DNA from: Candidatus Hadarchaeota archaeon
Lineage (GTDB): Archaea; CAYQAE01; CAYVLA01
Length of the DNA stretch: 42,986 bases
Reading direction: 5' to 3'
Assembly (NCBI GenBank): GCA_964621445.1
Contig: CAZUNO010000022.1
Location: 4,013 to 46,998, forward strand
Below the pieces are notes generated by a model. The model had not been told where the DNA came from. It did not search any database and saw only the letters and a list, made by a program, of their open reading frames with translations. Numbering within the stretch: position 1 is the stretch's first letter; the number at the start of each line of letters is the position of its first letter. Below are positions 29,656 through 37,835 of this stretch, in pieces. The position numbers and the translations under genes are program-made.

Positions 29656-31425
29656 CTAGAGATAGGCCTCGGTACCGTACCTCTGCATCATCCTGTGGCT
29701 GTTGAAGTAGTAGGCTATCTTCCCGATTGAGTTCTTCATCAGTTCTATCCACTCATTCCTTCTATCGTAGTAAGTGGGGGCTATGATGTATGAGAGCTTG
29801 TTGTAAAGATCATCCAATTCCCGCCTCTTCCTGGTTTCCAGATCCACCTTCTCCTCCGGCGGAGGCCCTATGCTCCATCCGGTGACCCCCTCGATGCAAC
29901 CCTCGATCCACCAGCCGTCGAGGACGCTGAAGTTTAGAACCCCATTATGTGCGGCCTTCATGCCGCTGGTCCCCGAGGCCTCCAGCGGGGGTAAAGGGGT
30001 GTTGACCCAGACATCGGAACCAGAGGTGAGGATCTTTGCCATGTCCATGTCGTAGTCGGGGAGGTACACGATCTTCATGACATCCGATAGCTCCCTGGAA
30101 TACTGGAATATCTTCTCGATCATATCTTTACCGGTGTCATCCCTGGGGTGGGCCTTGCCGGCAAAGACAACCTGGATCCGGTTCTTGTTCCCTATCTTCC
30201 TGAGCTTTTTGATGTCCGAGAACAGGAGGGTAGCCCTTTTGTACCCGGTAGCCCTCCTGGCATGGGCCAGGGTCAGTGCCTCCGGATCCATTTCCACCCC
30301 GGTTTCCCGGTTTACGAGATCGATGAGGTCGATTTTTGCCGCCTCGTGTGCCTTCCAAACCTCATCGTCCTGCAGGCAGTCGACCCTAACCAACAGGGAG
30401 GGTTCGTTGGCCCATCCGGGTAGGCATTCGTTGAAGAGCTTATGGAAGTGCTCGCATGTCCAGTAATATGAGTGAACGCCGTTGGTGATGGCCGATATGT
30501 GGTGACCGGGAAAGAGCTCCATCGATAGCTGCCTGTGCCTCTCGGCTACTCCATTCACGTACTTGCTCAGGTTTAGTGCCAGACGGGTCATATTGAGGGA
30601 GTTCTGGCCCGCGATCTCCTTGATGGTGTCCAGGGGAACTATCTCCCCCATGGTCTTGGTCACAAGGTCATAGGTAAACTTGTCGTGGCCTGCCTCCACT
30701 GGGGTGTGGGTTGTGAATAGACACAGGTCCCTCACCCTCTCCGGGGTCATGCCGTTGGCCCGGAGTAATTCCAGGGTCAGGAGGGCGGAGTGCCCCTCGT
30801 TCATGTGGTACCTGCTTATCTTAAAGTTCGATGCCTCCAATATTCTGGCCCCGCCGATTCCCAGCACTATCTCCTGTTTAAGGCGGTATGCGTCCCCACC
30901 GCCGTAGAGCTTGTCGGTTATTCGCCGGTCCTTCTCCTCATTCACCTCGAGGTCGGTGTCCAGAAAAAGCATGGAGATCAGCCCGCCGGTGGGGGAGATG
31001 TGATCGTAGAGCCACGCCTTTACGGTGACCTCCCTGCCCTCAATTTCCACCATCACCCTGTGAGGGAGCTCCACCATGAATTCTTCCGGGTTCCACTCGT
31101 CCGGGTGCTCCACCTGTTTGCCTTCCTTGGTGAGTTCCTGCTTGAGGTATCCCTTCCTGCTCACCAGTGTAACGGCCACCAAGGGGATCCTCATATCGGC
31201 GCTGGATCTAATCATGTCGCCGGCGAGAACCCCGAGTCCACCGCTGTAGCTCTTGATCTCGTTCTTAACACCTATTTCCATGGAGAAATAGGCCACCCTC
31301 TCCCCCTCCAGAAATGAGTGTTTGCAGTATTCACTGTCAAAATAGTAGGTTTTGCCCCTTATCTCTGCCTTGAAGGGTGCCTCTTCCTCTATGAGTGGGA
31401 CTCCGCATACTGGGTCTCGGACCAT
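29656..31425 (-). CDS. glgP: Alpha-glucan (glycogen) phosphorylase with N-terminal YHS/TRASH-like domain
   Basis: VAYFSMEIG, YSGGLGVLAGD, HMNEGH, ITNGVH, ARRATGYKR, EASGTSGMKAA (PLP Lys); N-terminus DPVCG...GKTYYFDSEYC. Confidence 0.93.
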   Translation of the reverse strand: MVRDPVCGVPLIEEEAPFKAEIRGKTYYFDSEYCKHSFLEGERVAYFSMEIGVKNEIKSYSGGLGVLAGDMIRSSADMRIPLVAVTLVSRKGYLKQELTKEGKQVEHPDEWNPEEFMVELPHRVMVEIEGREVTVKAWLYDHISPTGGLISMLFLDTDLEVNEEKDRRITDKLYGGGDAYRLKQEIVLGIGGARILEASNFKISRYHMNEGHSALLTLELLRANGMTPERVRDLCLFTTHTPVEAGHDKFTYDLVTKTMGEIVPLDTIKEIAGQNSLNMTRLALNLSKYVNGVAERHRQLSMELFPGHHISAITNGVHSYYWTCEHFHKLFNECLPGWANEPSLLVRVDCLQDDEVWKAHEAAKIDLIDLVNRETGVEMDPEALTLAHARRATGYKRATLLFSDIKKLRKIGNKNRIQVVFAGKAHPRDDTGKDMIEKIFQYSRELSDVMKIVYLPDYDMDMAKILTSGSDVWVNTPLPPLEASGTSGMKAAHNGVLNFSVLDGWWIEGCIEGVTGWSIGPPPEEKVDLETRKRRELDDLYNKLSYIIAPTYYDRRNEWIELMKNSIGKIAYYFNSHRMMQRYGTEAYL

Positions 31426-31585
31426 TCTTTTTAACCCCTAATTCTTGTGGTGCTAAAATCTGCATTTGTAAGGTTCTCTGCTCTATAATCCAGACCGGTC
31501 GTTCTTCTTTTAGGTGTTTTTAACCCATTCGCCGATCCAGTGTCGAATTTGACAATCGATGGTAGTTTTGGACGACATTTGAATT

Positions 31586-32662
31586 TTAGCATGGGAAACC
31601 CTGCCTTTCCAGCCTCTTGCCCACTTCCCGGAGGGTGGACCGGTCCTGCTCGTCAATTGATCCGTCACCATGGGGTCCGGTGTTAAGGAGCAGATTGTGA
31701 TCCCGAACAAGGGACTGGCCCAGCATATCCCAGACCTGGTCGGGTCCCTTGTGTTTTCCCTGGTGCTCTTTTGAGTGGCCCCAGGCAGAAGGTTGTAGGG
31801 TGTCACAAATCTCGTTGTGTTTCGACCGGTTCTTACTCCATGCACTATCGGCCAGCGGAGCCTTCTCGTCAGAGAGCCGGTGGGCAAGCGACCCGGCCTC
31901 GCGCTCGCAGGACGCGAAATCCTCGTTTCCAGTCGCCCCTTGTTTAAAACAGATCAGGGCCTGCGGTTGAAGGGAATGGATTAGTGAGTACGTCTCCTCA
32001 ATGGGAAACATGTCCGCCCGGATATAGTAGGGCAAGATGGGGTCGAACCATATGCCGGCTAGGGGTCCATATCCCGTTAGAAGCTCCCGGAGTTGGGCGT
32101 GTACGAAATCCAAGTAACATTGAAAGTCCTCCTCCTTGCTGTATTTATAGTGTGGTTCTGGATCAGGATAATCGGGCCTGGCAACTTCGGGGCCGGATTC
32201 CCGGGACATGTAGTATGGGTGTCTCCAATCGAGGGCGTAGCTGTAATAGAGGAAAAGGCCCAAGCCCCTCTCCTCGCAAGCCCGGGACAGTTCACGGATG
32301 AGATCGGTTCCACAGGGCGCCTGGACGCTGTTGAAGTCGGTCTCGTCGGTTTCGAATAGGCAGAAGCCATCGTGATGGCGCGTGGTGATGTTAACGTAGC
32401 TCATTCCAGAATCCAGGGCAAGATCGGCGATGGAACCGGCATCAAATGACTCCGCCGTGAACTCGTCTTTGAGTTCCTCGTACTCGGATACCGGGATTTT
32501 TTCCTCGAACATCACCCACTCCCCCCTCCCTAGGAGGCTATATAGGCCGTAGTGCATGAAAAGCCCGAAACGGGCCCCCTTGAACCACTCCAGCGTGGCC
32601 TGCCTGGGGTCCTCTTGGTATGTACTATGATGCTCTTCTAGAAAGCTCGGTGTCTTGCTCAA
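31586..32662 (-). CDS. Alpha-L-fucosidase (GH29)
   Basis: WFKGARFGLFMHYG, TTRHHDGFCLF, DWRHP, GIWFD, NLLLNTGP. Confidence 0.93.
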   Translation of the reverse strand: MSKTPSFLEEHHSTYQEDPRQATLEWFKGARFGLFMHYGLYSLLGRGEWVMFEEKIPVSEYEELKDEFTAESFDAGSIADLALDSGMSYVNITTRHHDGFCLFETDETDFNSVQAPCGTDLIRELSRACEERGLGLFLYYSYALDWRHPYYMSRESGPEVARPDYPDPEPHYKYSKEEDFQCYLDFVHAQLRELLTGYGPLAGIWFDPILPYYIRADMFPIEETYSLIHSLQPQALICFKQGATGNEDFASCEREAGSLAHRLSDEKAPLADSAWSKNRSKHNEICDTLQPSAWGHSKEHQGKHKGPDQVWDMLGQSLVRDHNLLLNTGPHGDGSIDEQDRSTLREVGKRLERQGFPC

Positions 32663-32701
32663 TCATATCATCTCTGGTATAGGTCCTGAACCTGCCCTTC
32701 A

Positions 32702-33199
32702 TCATTCGAAAAGGACTTTTCTGGTGAGGTTTATACCGCCTGAGGCAAGTTTGGATCTCTTCACCCACAGAAATGAGGATGACACCTCTAGATCACCCTG
32801 GACTTTCATGTCAATCTCTCCCATGGATCTTAGGTCCTCCATGGTGCCCTTTGTCAGGGTCGGTTGGGCCTCGAATTCCACTCTGCCTCCGGGCCGGATG
32901 CTGTCTTCAGGGGAGCCAAAGACGTTTCCCAGATTAAACCCATCCAATTTCAATTCCACATCCTCCAGTGAAACCTCTACCCGGTTAGAGGTCGAGTTTT
33001 CAAGGCTCATGTTGAGGCTGTAGATATAGCGATCGGGGTCTCCCGGTGGGATGGCGTTGGAGATCTCAAACTCCTGCAGCTGGGGAGTGTCCTCGACCGA
33101 TGAAATCGAATTCTGGACGGTGCTGGTGGCGTAAAGATGAAGCACCAGGATAAGTGCAGCTGCCAGAACTAATAAAATAAGGTATTTTGGCGGTCTCAA
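32702..33199 (-). CDS. Secreted/membrane-anchored protein, possibly LEA_2-like beta sandwich
   Basis: N-terminal hydrophobic helix; SLENSTSNRVEV...LDGFNLG...IRPG pattern. Confidence 0.6.
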   Translation of the reverse strand: MRPPKYLILLVLAAALILVLHLYATSTVQNSISSVEDTPQLQEFEISNAIPPGDPDRYIYSLNMSLENSTSNRVEVSLEDVELKLDGFNLGNVFGSPEDSIRPGGRVEFEAQPTLTKGTMEDLRSMGEIDMKVQGDLEVSSSFLWVKRSKLASGGINLTRKVLFE

Positions 33200-33359
33200 A
33201 AGGATTCCCGAATGATGGCAGGATGGTAGTCTGATAATGCTTTTGCAGATACCTCAAAATGACATCTTGACCGAGAGATGAGCAAACCGAGTTCGGTTTT
33301 TCTTCCCCGAACAGTGAGAATACTCATACTTAATAGCCCAATATGGAGGCCCTTAACTG

Positions 33360-34034
33360 ATGAAATTAGATGAAATTCTTGGTAAATCGGTTCTGAATAC
33401 CTCTGGAGTCGGTCTTGGTGAGGTATCGGACCTTATCATTGATAGTCGTAGTGGTGAGGTTACCTCCCTGAAGATCGAGCAGGCCTCAGAGGAGAGTTCC
33501 ACCGGTTTCCTTCCGACCGACCTCCTGAAAATTGAAAATGGAGATGTGGTATTGAAGGGGGAGACGGGGGTTGCCGAGTCACCCGAGGAAGGAGATTACG
33601 TCTATGGTGCCGGTCTCATCAAGGGGGAAGTCTTCGTAAAGCCCACCTGGCGAATAGGCCTCCTGGCGGATTTCGATATAGACGTTGATGATTGGGAGCT
33701 AACGAAGCTAACCATCGACGTTCATCCGGAATATGCTATTGACACCGACCTCCACGAGAAGCTAATGCCCACGGGGTATCCCCCGGTATTCCAGATGGAG
33801 GTTGACAGTGCCTGGGCCCAGTTCCATATCTCCAAGGAGCCCCCGGAGAAGAGCTCGCATACGGTTCTTGATATCATGGGGCAGGATCTTGAGGTCTCCA
33901 TCGCCAAGCACCTGGAAAGGGAGGGATTCCAGGAGGGCAAGACCAGGGCCGACCAGTCATTTGATGAGTCCTACCAGCAGAAAATGATCGATGCATTGCG
34001 TGATGCCATCAGCGAGGCATACCAATCAAGCTAA
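33360..34034 (+). CDS. PRC-barrel domain protein (probably tandem barrels)
   Basis: LDEILGKSVLNTSGVGLGEVSDLIIDSRSGEV and a second repeat IGLLADFDIDVDDWELTKL. Confidence 0.75.
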   Translation: MKLDEILGKSVLNTSGVGLGEVSDLIIDSRSGEVTSLKIEQASEESSTGFLPTDLLKIENGDVVLKGETGVAESPEEGDYVYGAGLIKGEVFVKPTWRIGLLADFDIDVDDWELTKLTIDVHPEYAIDTDLHEKLMPTGYPPVFQMEVDSAWAQFHISKEPPEKSSHTVLDIMGQDLEVSIAKHLEREGFQEGKTRADQSFDESYQQKMIDALRDAISEAYQSS

Positions 34035-34054
34035 ACCCGAATTGGCGAGAATCC

Positions 34055-34337
34055 TTAGGGGTTCATCGATCCCGTTGGGTCATTTCTGATAAGATGTGCC
34101 AGGATGCCAGTAGGGAAAAGGATGGCCCACAATAGTAGAAGGTCAAGAAATAGGGCTGAATAGTTCAGAGTTACTCCCTTATCATCAGTAACCAGCCAGC
34201 TCAGGGGGCCAGCCACGACCGGTGCGGAGTCCCTCCGGATTGTCACGCCTGCCAAGATTTCGAGAGATCATGAAAATGCCAAGTGTTATAGCAATTGCCG
34301 AAATTAAGGCAATTAAAGCGATCCCTCTTCGATTCAT
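34055..34337 (-). pseudogene. Small two-TM membrane protein gene with a +1 frameshift in a G5/C5 run
   Basis: ATG 34337 frame gives MNRRGIALIALISAIAITLGIF...RGWP; removing one base of ggggg (34204-34208) continues LSWLVTDDKGVTLNYSALFLDLLLLWAILF... to the stop at 34055. Confidence 0.7.
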
Positions 34338-34645
34338 GGAAGGGTGATGGAGCTACTTCAATATCAAACTATGGTTAATGGGTATGAAAGGTGCTCCAGG
34401 TCGGGGAGCTTGCTACTCCTCACACCTCTTAAAAAATCCGGTGGATAGTACGTTCCCCCTGAGAATGTAGATGTCACATCCTTTGCATGTGTAAATCCTT
34501 TAACTGTTCATGATAGTAGATCGGCGAGCTGAGGGTAACCTACTCCTGAGACATAAGGTTATCTGTTAAAGGGCTACGGGCAATGTTGGGGGATTGTTTG
34601 GGGAAATGACAACGCAGGATAATCGAGAAAATCAATAAAAAGACA

Positions 34646-34674
34646 TTGACGGGAGACAGGTAAAGCGATATCCT
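34646..34674 (+). promoter_or_regulatory. Bacterial sigma70-type promoter TTGACG-N17-TATCCT
   Basis: Exact 17-nt spacing, A-rich UP-like tract upstream and GGAG RBS at 34690-34693 before ATG 34704. Confidence 0.6.
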
Positions 34675-34703
34675 AGATTATGACTTATTGGAGAATAATT
34701 ATT

Positions 34704-35288
34704 ATGAAAAATAAATTTAATAAAAATATTTTCACATTTAGAAAGCTATTAAGGGATATTGCTTTTTTTACTGTTCATATACCACAGATTATTGGAGCAT
34801 TTAGAGACAAAGAAATCGATGAAGCTTTCACGGAAAAAATCATGTTCGTAACAACCGCCGTGAATGGCTGTGTCTATTGCGCCTGGTTCCATGCAAGAAG
34901 AGCAGTGGCAAGCGGTATGAGCGAGGAAGAGGTTAAGGACCTGCTTGATCTTCAATTTCAGGCACAGGCATCCGATTACGAGATAATGGCTTTACTGTAT
35001 GCCCAACATTACGCAGAAACAAATAGAGAACCAGACCCTGAGGTGACGGAAAAATTCAACGAATATTACGGAGAGAAGACGGCAAATCACATATTCATGC
35101 TTATACGCATGATATACTTCGGTAATCTGCTGGGCAATACGTGGGATGCCATAATAAGCAGGTTCGAAGGGAATCCGGTGGAAAATAGCAGCGTGATATT
35201 TGAGTTCTTCTTCTTTTCAGCTACTTTCTTGTTCATGGCCCCAACTATGTTTCAAATGAAAGAAAGGAAGGAATTACCAGTAGTTTAG
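34704..35288 (+). CDS. Carboxymuconolactone decarboxylase/AhpD family protein with C-terminal TM helix
   Basis: EKIMFVTTAVNGCVYCAWFH (CxxC...H), ALLYAQHYAE; visibly AT-rich relative to the host. Confidence 0.88.
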   Translation: MKNKFNKNIFTFRKLLRDIAFFTVHIPQIIGAFRDKEIDEAFTEKIMFVTTAVNGCVYCAWFHARRAVASGMSEEEVKDLLDLQFQAQASDYEIMALLYAQHYAETNREPDPEVTEKFNEYYGEKTANHIFMLIRMIYFGNLLGNTWDAIISRFEGNPVENSSVIFEFFFFSATFLFMAPTMFQMKERKELPVV

Positions 35289-35363
35289 CACCAGGAAAGA
35301 ACCAATGACCTCTGATTTTTGAGGGTATTGGAGGTTTGCACTACAAATCATATATGAAGTTTA

Positions 35364-35858
35364 TCAGATCGATCTTTGACTTCTAAGCTGGGTGGCGTAC
35401 CTTCTCCGAGCGAGTAAGAGTCCAGCTATGAACAGTGGGGGATAGATAAGGGCCCTAAGATCATATGGAGGGTACGGGAATGCATAGCCGGAGAGGGCGT
35501 CGATCAACAGTCTGGGCCAGAAAGCTAGCTCGATAACGACTGGCATGAGCCAGGTCAACCAATCTATGCCGCCGATGGTTCTATATGCGTGCACTAAGGC
35601 GACCACAGCCAGAAAGGGGCCAGTATACCATAGGTAGAAACAAGCAAGAAAGAAGACCATAGCTCCACCGGAGAAGACATATGGAGAAACACGGACATGG
35701 AAAAGCTCGCTGCGATGCCAAAGGTAGAATGATGCCAAAAAACCCATCGCAGCTACCCCGGAAAAGATGATGTAGGATTCTTCATGAATACCGAGATACC
35801 AGATATAGAGTGAGGTCAAGGAACACAGAATGGCCGCAACCATCCACATATTTTGCAT
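35364..35858 (-). CDS. Polytopic membrane protein with internally repeated TM helices
   Basis: SLYIWY / IIFSG..AMGFLASFYLWH / YVFSGGAMVFFLACFYLWY repeats. Confidence 0.7.
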   Translation of the reverse strand: MQNMWMVAAILCSLTSLYIWYLGIHEESYIIFSGVAAMGFLASFYLWHRSELFHVRVSPYVFSGGAMVFFLACFYLWYTGPFLAVVALVHAYRTIGGIDWLTWLMPVVIELAFWPRLLIDALSGYAFPYPPYDLRALIYPPLFIAGLLLARRRYATQLRSQRSI

Positions 35859-36138
35859 ACTGTATCCCGCTGGTCATTAGGAACGCTAGTAGGATGATAA
35901 ATTTGAGCACACTCCCCCGCCGAGTTCGGACATGAGGCTCAGATCACCATCACATATCATAACTTTAAAGTATCAAGAATGAAAGCCCTGTTCTCTGTCC
36001 TAATAGGGATTGTAACTAGTAAGAATTATTGTATTTTGGTTTCGTTCACTTTTCATGATTTGAAGTCCGCGTAAGTCATCTTCACCGTCTACCTGCATGC
36101 TCGAGTTGGTTAATAAGAGCTTCGAACCTGAGGTGGCA

Positions 36139-36160
36139 AGCCCCGGGCGAGATTCGAACC
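36139..36160 (-). other. tRNA 3'-end fragment (T-loop to discriminator; Thr-like), candidate att site
   Basis: Minus strand GG-TTCGAAT-CTCGC-CCGGGGC-T. A GGC-U 3' end is typical of archaeal tRNA-Thr/Cys; no matching 5' half upstream. Confidence 0.65.
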
Positions 36161-36235
36161 TCAAGTAGAAAAGCACCGGATAGAGCGCCCTGAATTTGCA
36201 TCCAATAAGCCCGTACCGGAGGTTGGGGAAGCCTA

Positions 36236-36251
36236 TGGCGCCGGGGGGAGG
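36236..36251 (-). other. Possible second tRNA 3'-end remnant (Ser-like CCCCGGC-G-CCA)
   Basis: Minus strand CCTCC-CCCCGGC-G-CCA; the T-loop is not preserved. Confidence 0.35.
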
Positions 36252-36348
36252 GGGGAAAGAGATTCTCATGGAGCTCACGAATGCCGGTTTCTTTAGAACT
36301 AAACTTTCCGGCAATATCCGTGACCGTCTGCCGTCCGAGTCCGTATCT

Positions 36349-36522
36349 GACCTAGAAGAAGGAGCAATGTCACACTACATCAGCGAATACGTCAACAAGG
36401 CACTCGAACACATAAAGGGATACGCAGACATCAAGATGGGCAAAAACCTACCCATATCAATCAGCAACACAGATCAAGACCACAAGCTAAACATACTCAT
36501 CGCACCCAAAATCGAAGAGTAA
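36349..36522 (+). pseudogene. C-terminal fragment of a PCNA sliding-clamp homolog
   Basis: DLEEGAMSHYISEYVNKAL...ADIKMGKNLPISI...KLNILIAPKIEE* follows the PCNA C-terminal pattern (S.Y..EY...; G...P; LAP[KR]IEE); upstream part of the ORF is unrelated. Confidence 0.72.
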
Positions 36523-36546
36523 TAAGAGGGAAGTATTGTGGTGGAT

Positions 36547-37008
36547 ATGACGAAGATAGTAGTCATAGTAGCTGTTCTTGCAGCAATCATGGCAACAGCC
36601 ATCATTGCCTTCTATGTGGGCAGACCAGAACTGCCAGAGATCAACCTGGTGCACCTCTATTTCAGCCACGCAAACCAGACCTACACCCAAGGCCAAACCA
36701 TATCCTACTGGGCGAGTTACGCCCTTCGATTCAGAGGGACATCGGTGAAATTCAGCACGGAAATCATCGTGAAAGACGAGAGCGGAAAAGAAGTCTACAG
36801 AGACCCGGTTGTGAGGAAGTGCTTGTCTGTCACCCCTGTACCTTCTACGCCGCGGAACCATGTCTGGGAGCGTACAGGCACGATCAGGAGTGGAACATTC
36901 ACGCTGCAGGAGCCCGGGGAATACGAGGCCTCGATCACTGCACGAGCCGGCGAAAGCTGCGACAAAGTGTTAGACACGTTGAGGATTGTCGCGAATCCAA
37001 TTAGGTGA
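36547..37008 (+). CDS. Membrane-anchored/secreted protein with Ig-like C-terminal region
   Basis: KIVVIVAVLAAIMATAIIAFYV N-terminal helix; FTLQEPGEYEASITA. Confidence 0.72.
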   Translation: MTKIVVIVAVLAAIMATAIIAFYVGRPELPEINLVHLYFSHANQTYTQGQTISYWASYALRFRGTSVKFSTEIIVKDESGKEVYRDPVVRKCLSVTPVPSTPRNHVWERTGTIRSGTFTLQEPGEYEASITARAGESCDKVLDTLRIVANPIR

Positions 37009-37064
37009 CTACTGGAAAGAGCGCCCGAGAAGCCTGAAGAGGTAGAGGACTGGTAGTGCGGGTA

Positions 37065-37115
37065 GCTTCCCTACTAGCTCGGAGAGGTCGGGGGGTTCAA
37101 CCCCGCCGGGGAGCA
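37065..37115 (+). pseudogene. Degenerate tRNA-like element lacking the anticodon arm
   Basis: GCTTCCC pairs with GGGGAGC (7 bp, one G-U) plus A discriminator; between them TAGCTC-GGAGAG-GTC and GGGGG-TTCAACC-CCGCC T-arm. Confidence 0.5.
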
Positions 37116-37162
37116 TCGGGAGTTCCGGTAGGAATAAAATGGAAGACGAAAAGATAAGCATA

Positions 37163-37184
37163 AACCCCAACCCCAACCCCAACC
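37163..37184 (+). repeat. Hexamer tandem repeat (AACCCC) x3.7
   Basis: aaccccaaccccaaccccaacc read directly. Confidence 0.9.
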
Positions 37185-37409
37185 GACGAAGAATAGAAGC
37201 CTTCTTCTGCCTGACACAAGATCTCCGCGGAGTATCTTCTCTGGATCGCCGGAGGTCCGGGGGGAAGCATTACCCACGCGGGTATTGTTTCCTTTTTCCT
37301 CGCCCTCCCACCGTGCTATGGTGCCAGACATAGCCCGTATTCTGCCCTTAGCCGCTTCACTCTTCCGGTTCATCTCGTACCGGCAGCTGCCTCGCCGCAA
37401 AAGACTGGG

Positions 37410-37574
37410 CTACCGGAGATCTGGCTCAGGCTGCTTCCTCGCCTGGTAATGGGCGATGAGGCTCTTTATGGCGGCGTCGAAGCTCTCCTTCTCCATCTCA
37501 TGCTTGACGTGGCGCAGCTCCCGGTGGGTGTCGAGGTGGATCCGTATCATCTTGGTTCTGGTCCCGCCCCCCAT
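37410..37574 (-). CDS. Small RHH/antitoxin-like DNA-binding protein (54 aa)
   Basis: TKMIRIHLDTHRELRHVKHEMEKESFDAAIKSLI resembles the archaeal T.I.I....H..L..K....S.D..I..LI beta-helix-helix pattern. Confidence 0.65.
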   Translation of the reverse strand: MGGGTRTKMIRIHLDTHRELRHVKHEMEKESFDAAIKSLIAHYQARKQPEPDLR

Positions 37575-37593
37575 GGTATCCCTCTTCACCGCT

Positions 37594-37797
37594 TTACCGC
37601 TCCCCCAGGCCTGCCACAGGCCCGGCGTTCCTGTTTTTGAGCATCCGGTCGAGCTGCTGGCGGAGAACGAGCAGCTTGATCGCTGCGGACACCGTTTTCT
37701 TTCTCTCCAAGAGGTCCAGGGCCTGCCGCACCTCATCCCGCACGGCCTCGACCACGTCCTCTATGCTTTGCTCTCCTTTCTTGCTTGTGTTGTCCAC
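37594..37797 (-). CDS. Small helical hypothetical protein (~67 aa)
   Basis: GTG start at 37797 behind GGAGGTTGGGAGA; amphipathic helices; 19 nt from the next gene. Confidence 0.55.
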   Translation of the reverse strand: MDNTSKKGEQSIEDVVEAVRDEVRQALDLLERKKTVSAAIKLLVLRQQLDRMLKNRNAGPVAGLGER

Positions 37798-37835
37798 TCT
37801 CCCAACCTCCGAGTGCATTTACGGGTTAGAGGTCT

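Noticed and set aside
444-33987. Numerous overlapping antisense/alternate-frame ORFs in the ORF track
   Set aside because: They overlap well-supported genes, lack motifs and are expected shadows in GC-rich DNA.
36134-36235. Intact tRNA (Cys/Sec-like; TGCAAAT loop and GCCA end on the minus strand)
   Set aside because: No convincing D-arm, anticodon stem or 5' acceptor strand can be built; only the 3' fragment is supported.
37163-37184. Telomere-like C4A2 repeat
   Set aside because: Under four units and internal; more simply slippage inside a decayed ORF (37139-37400).
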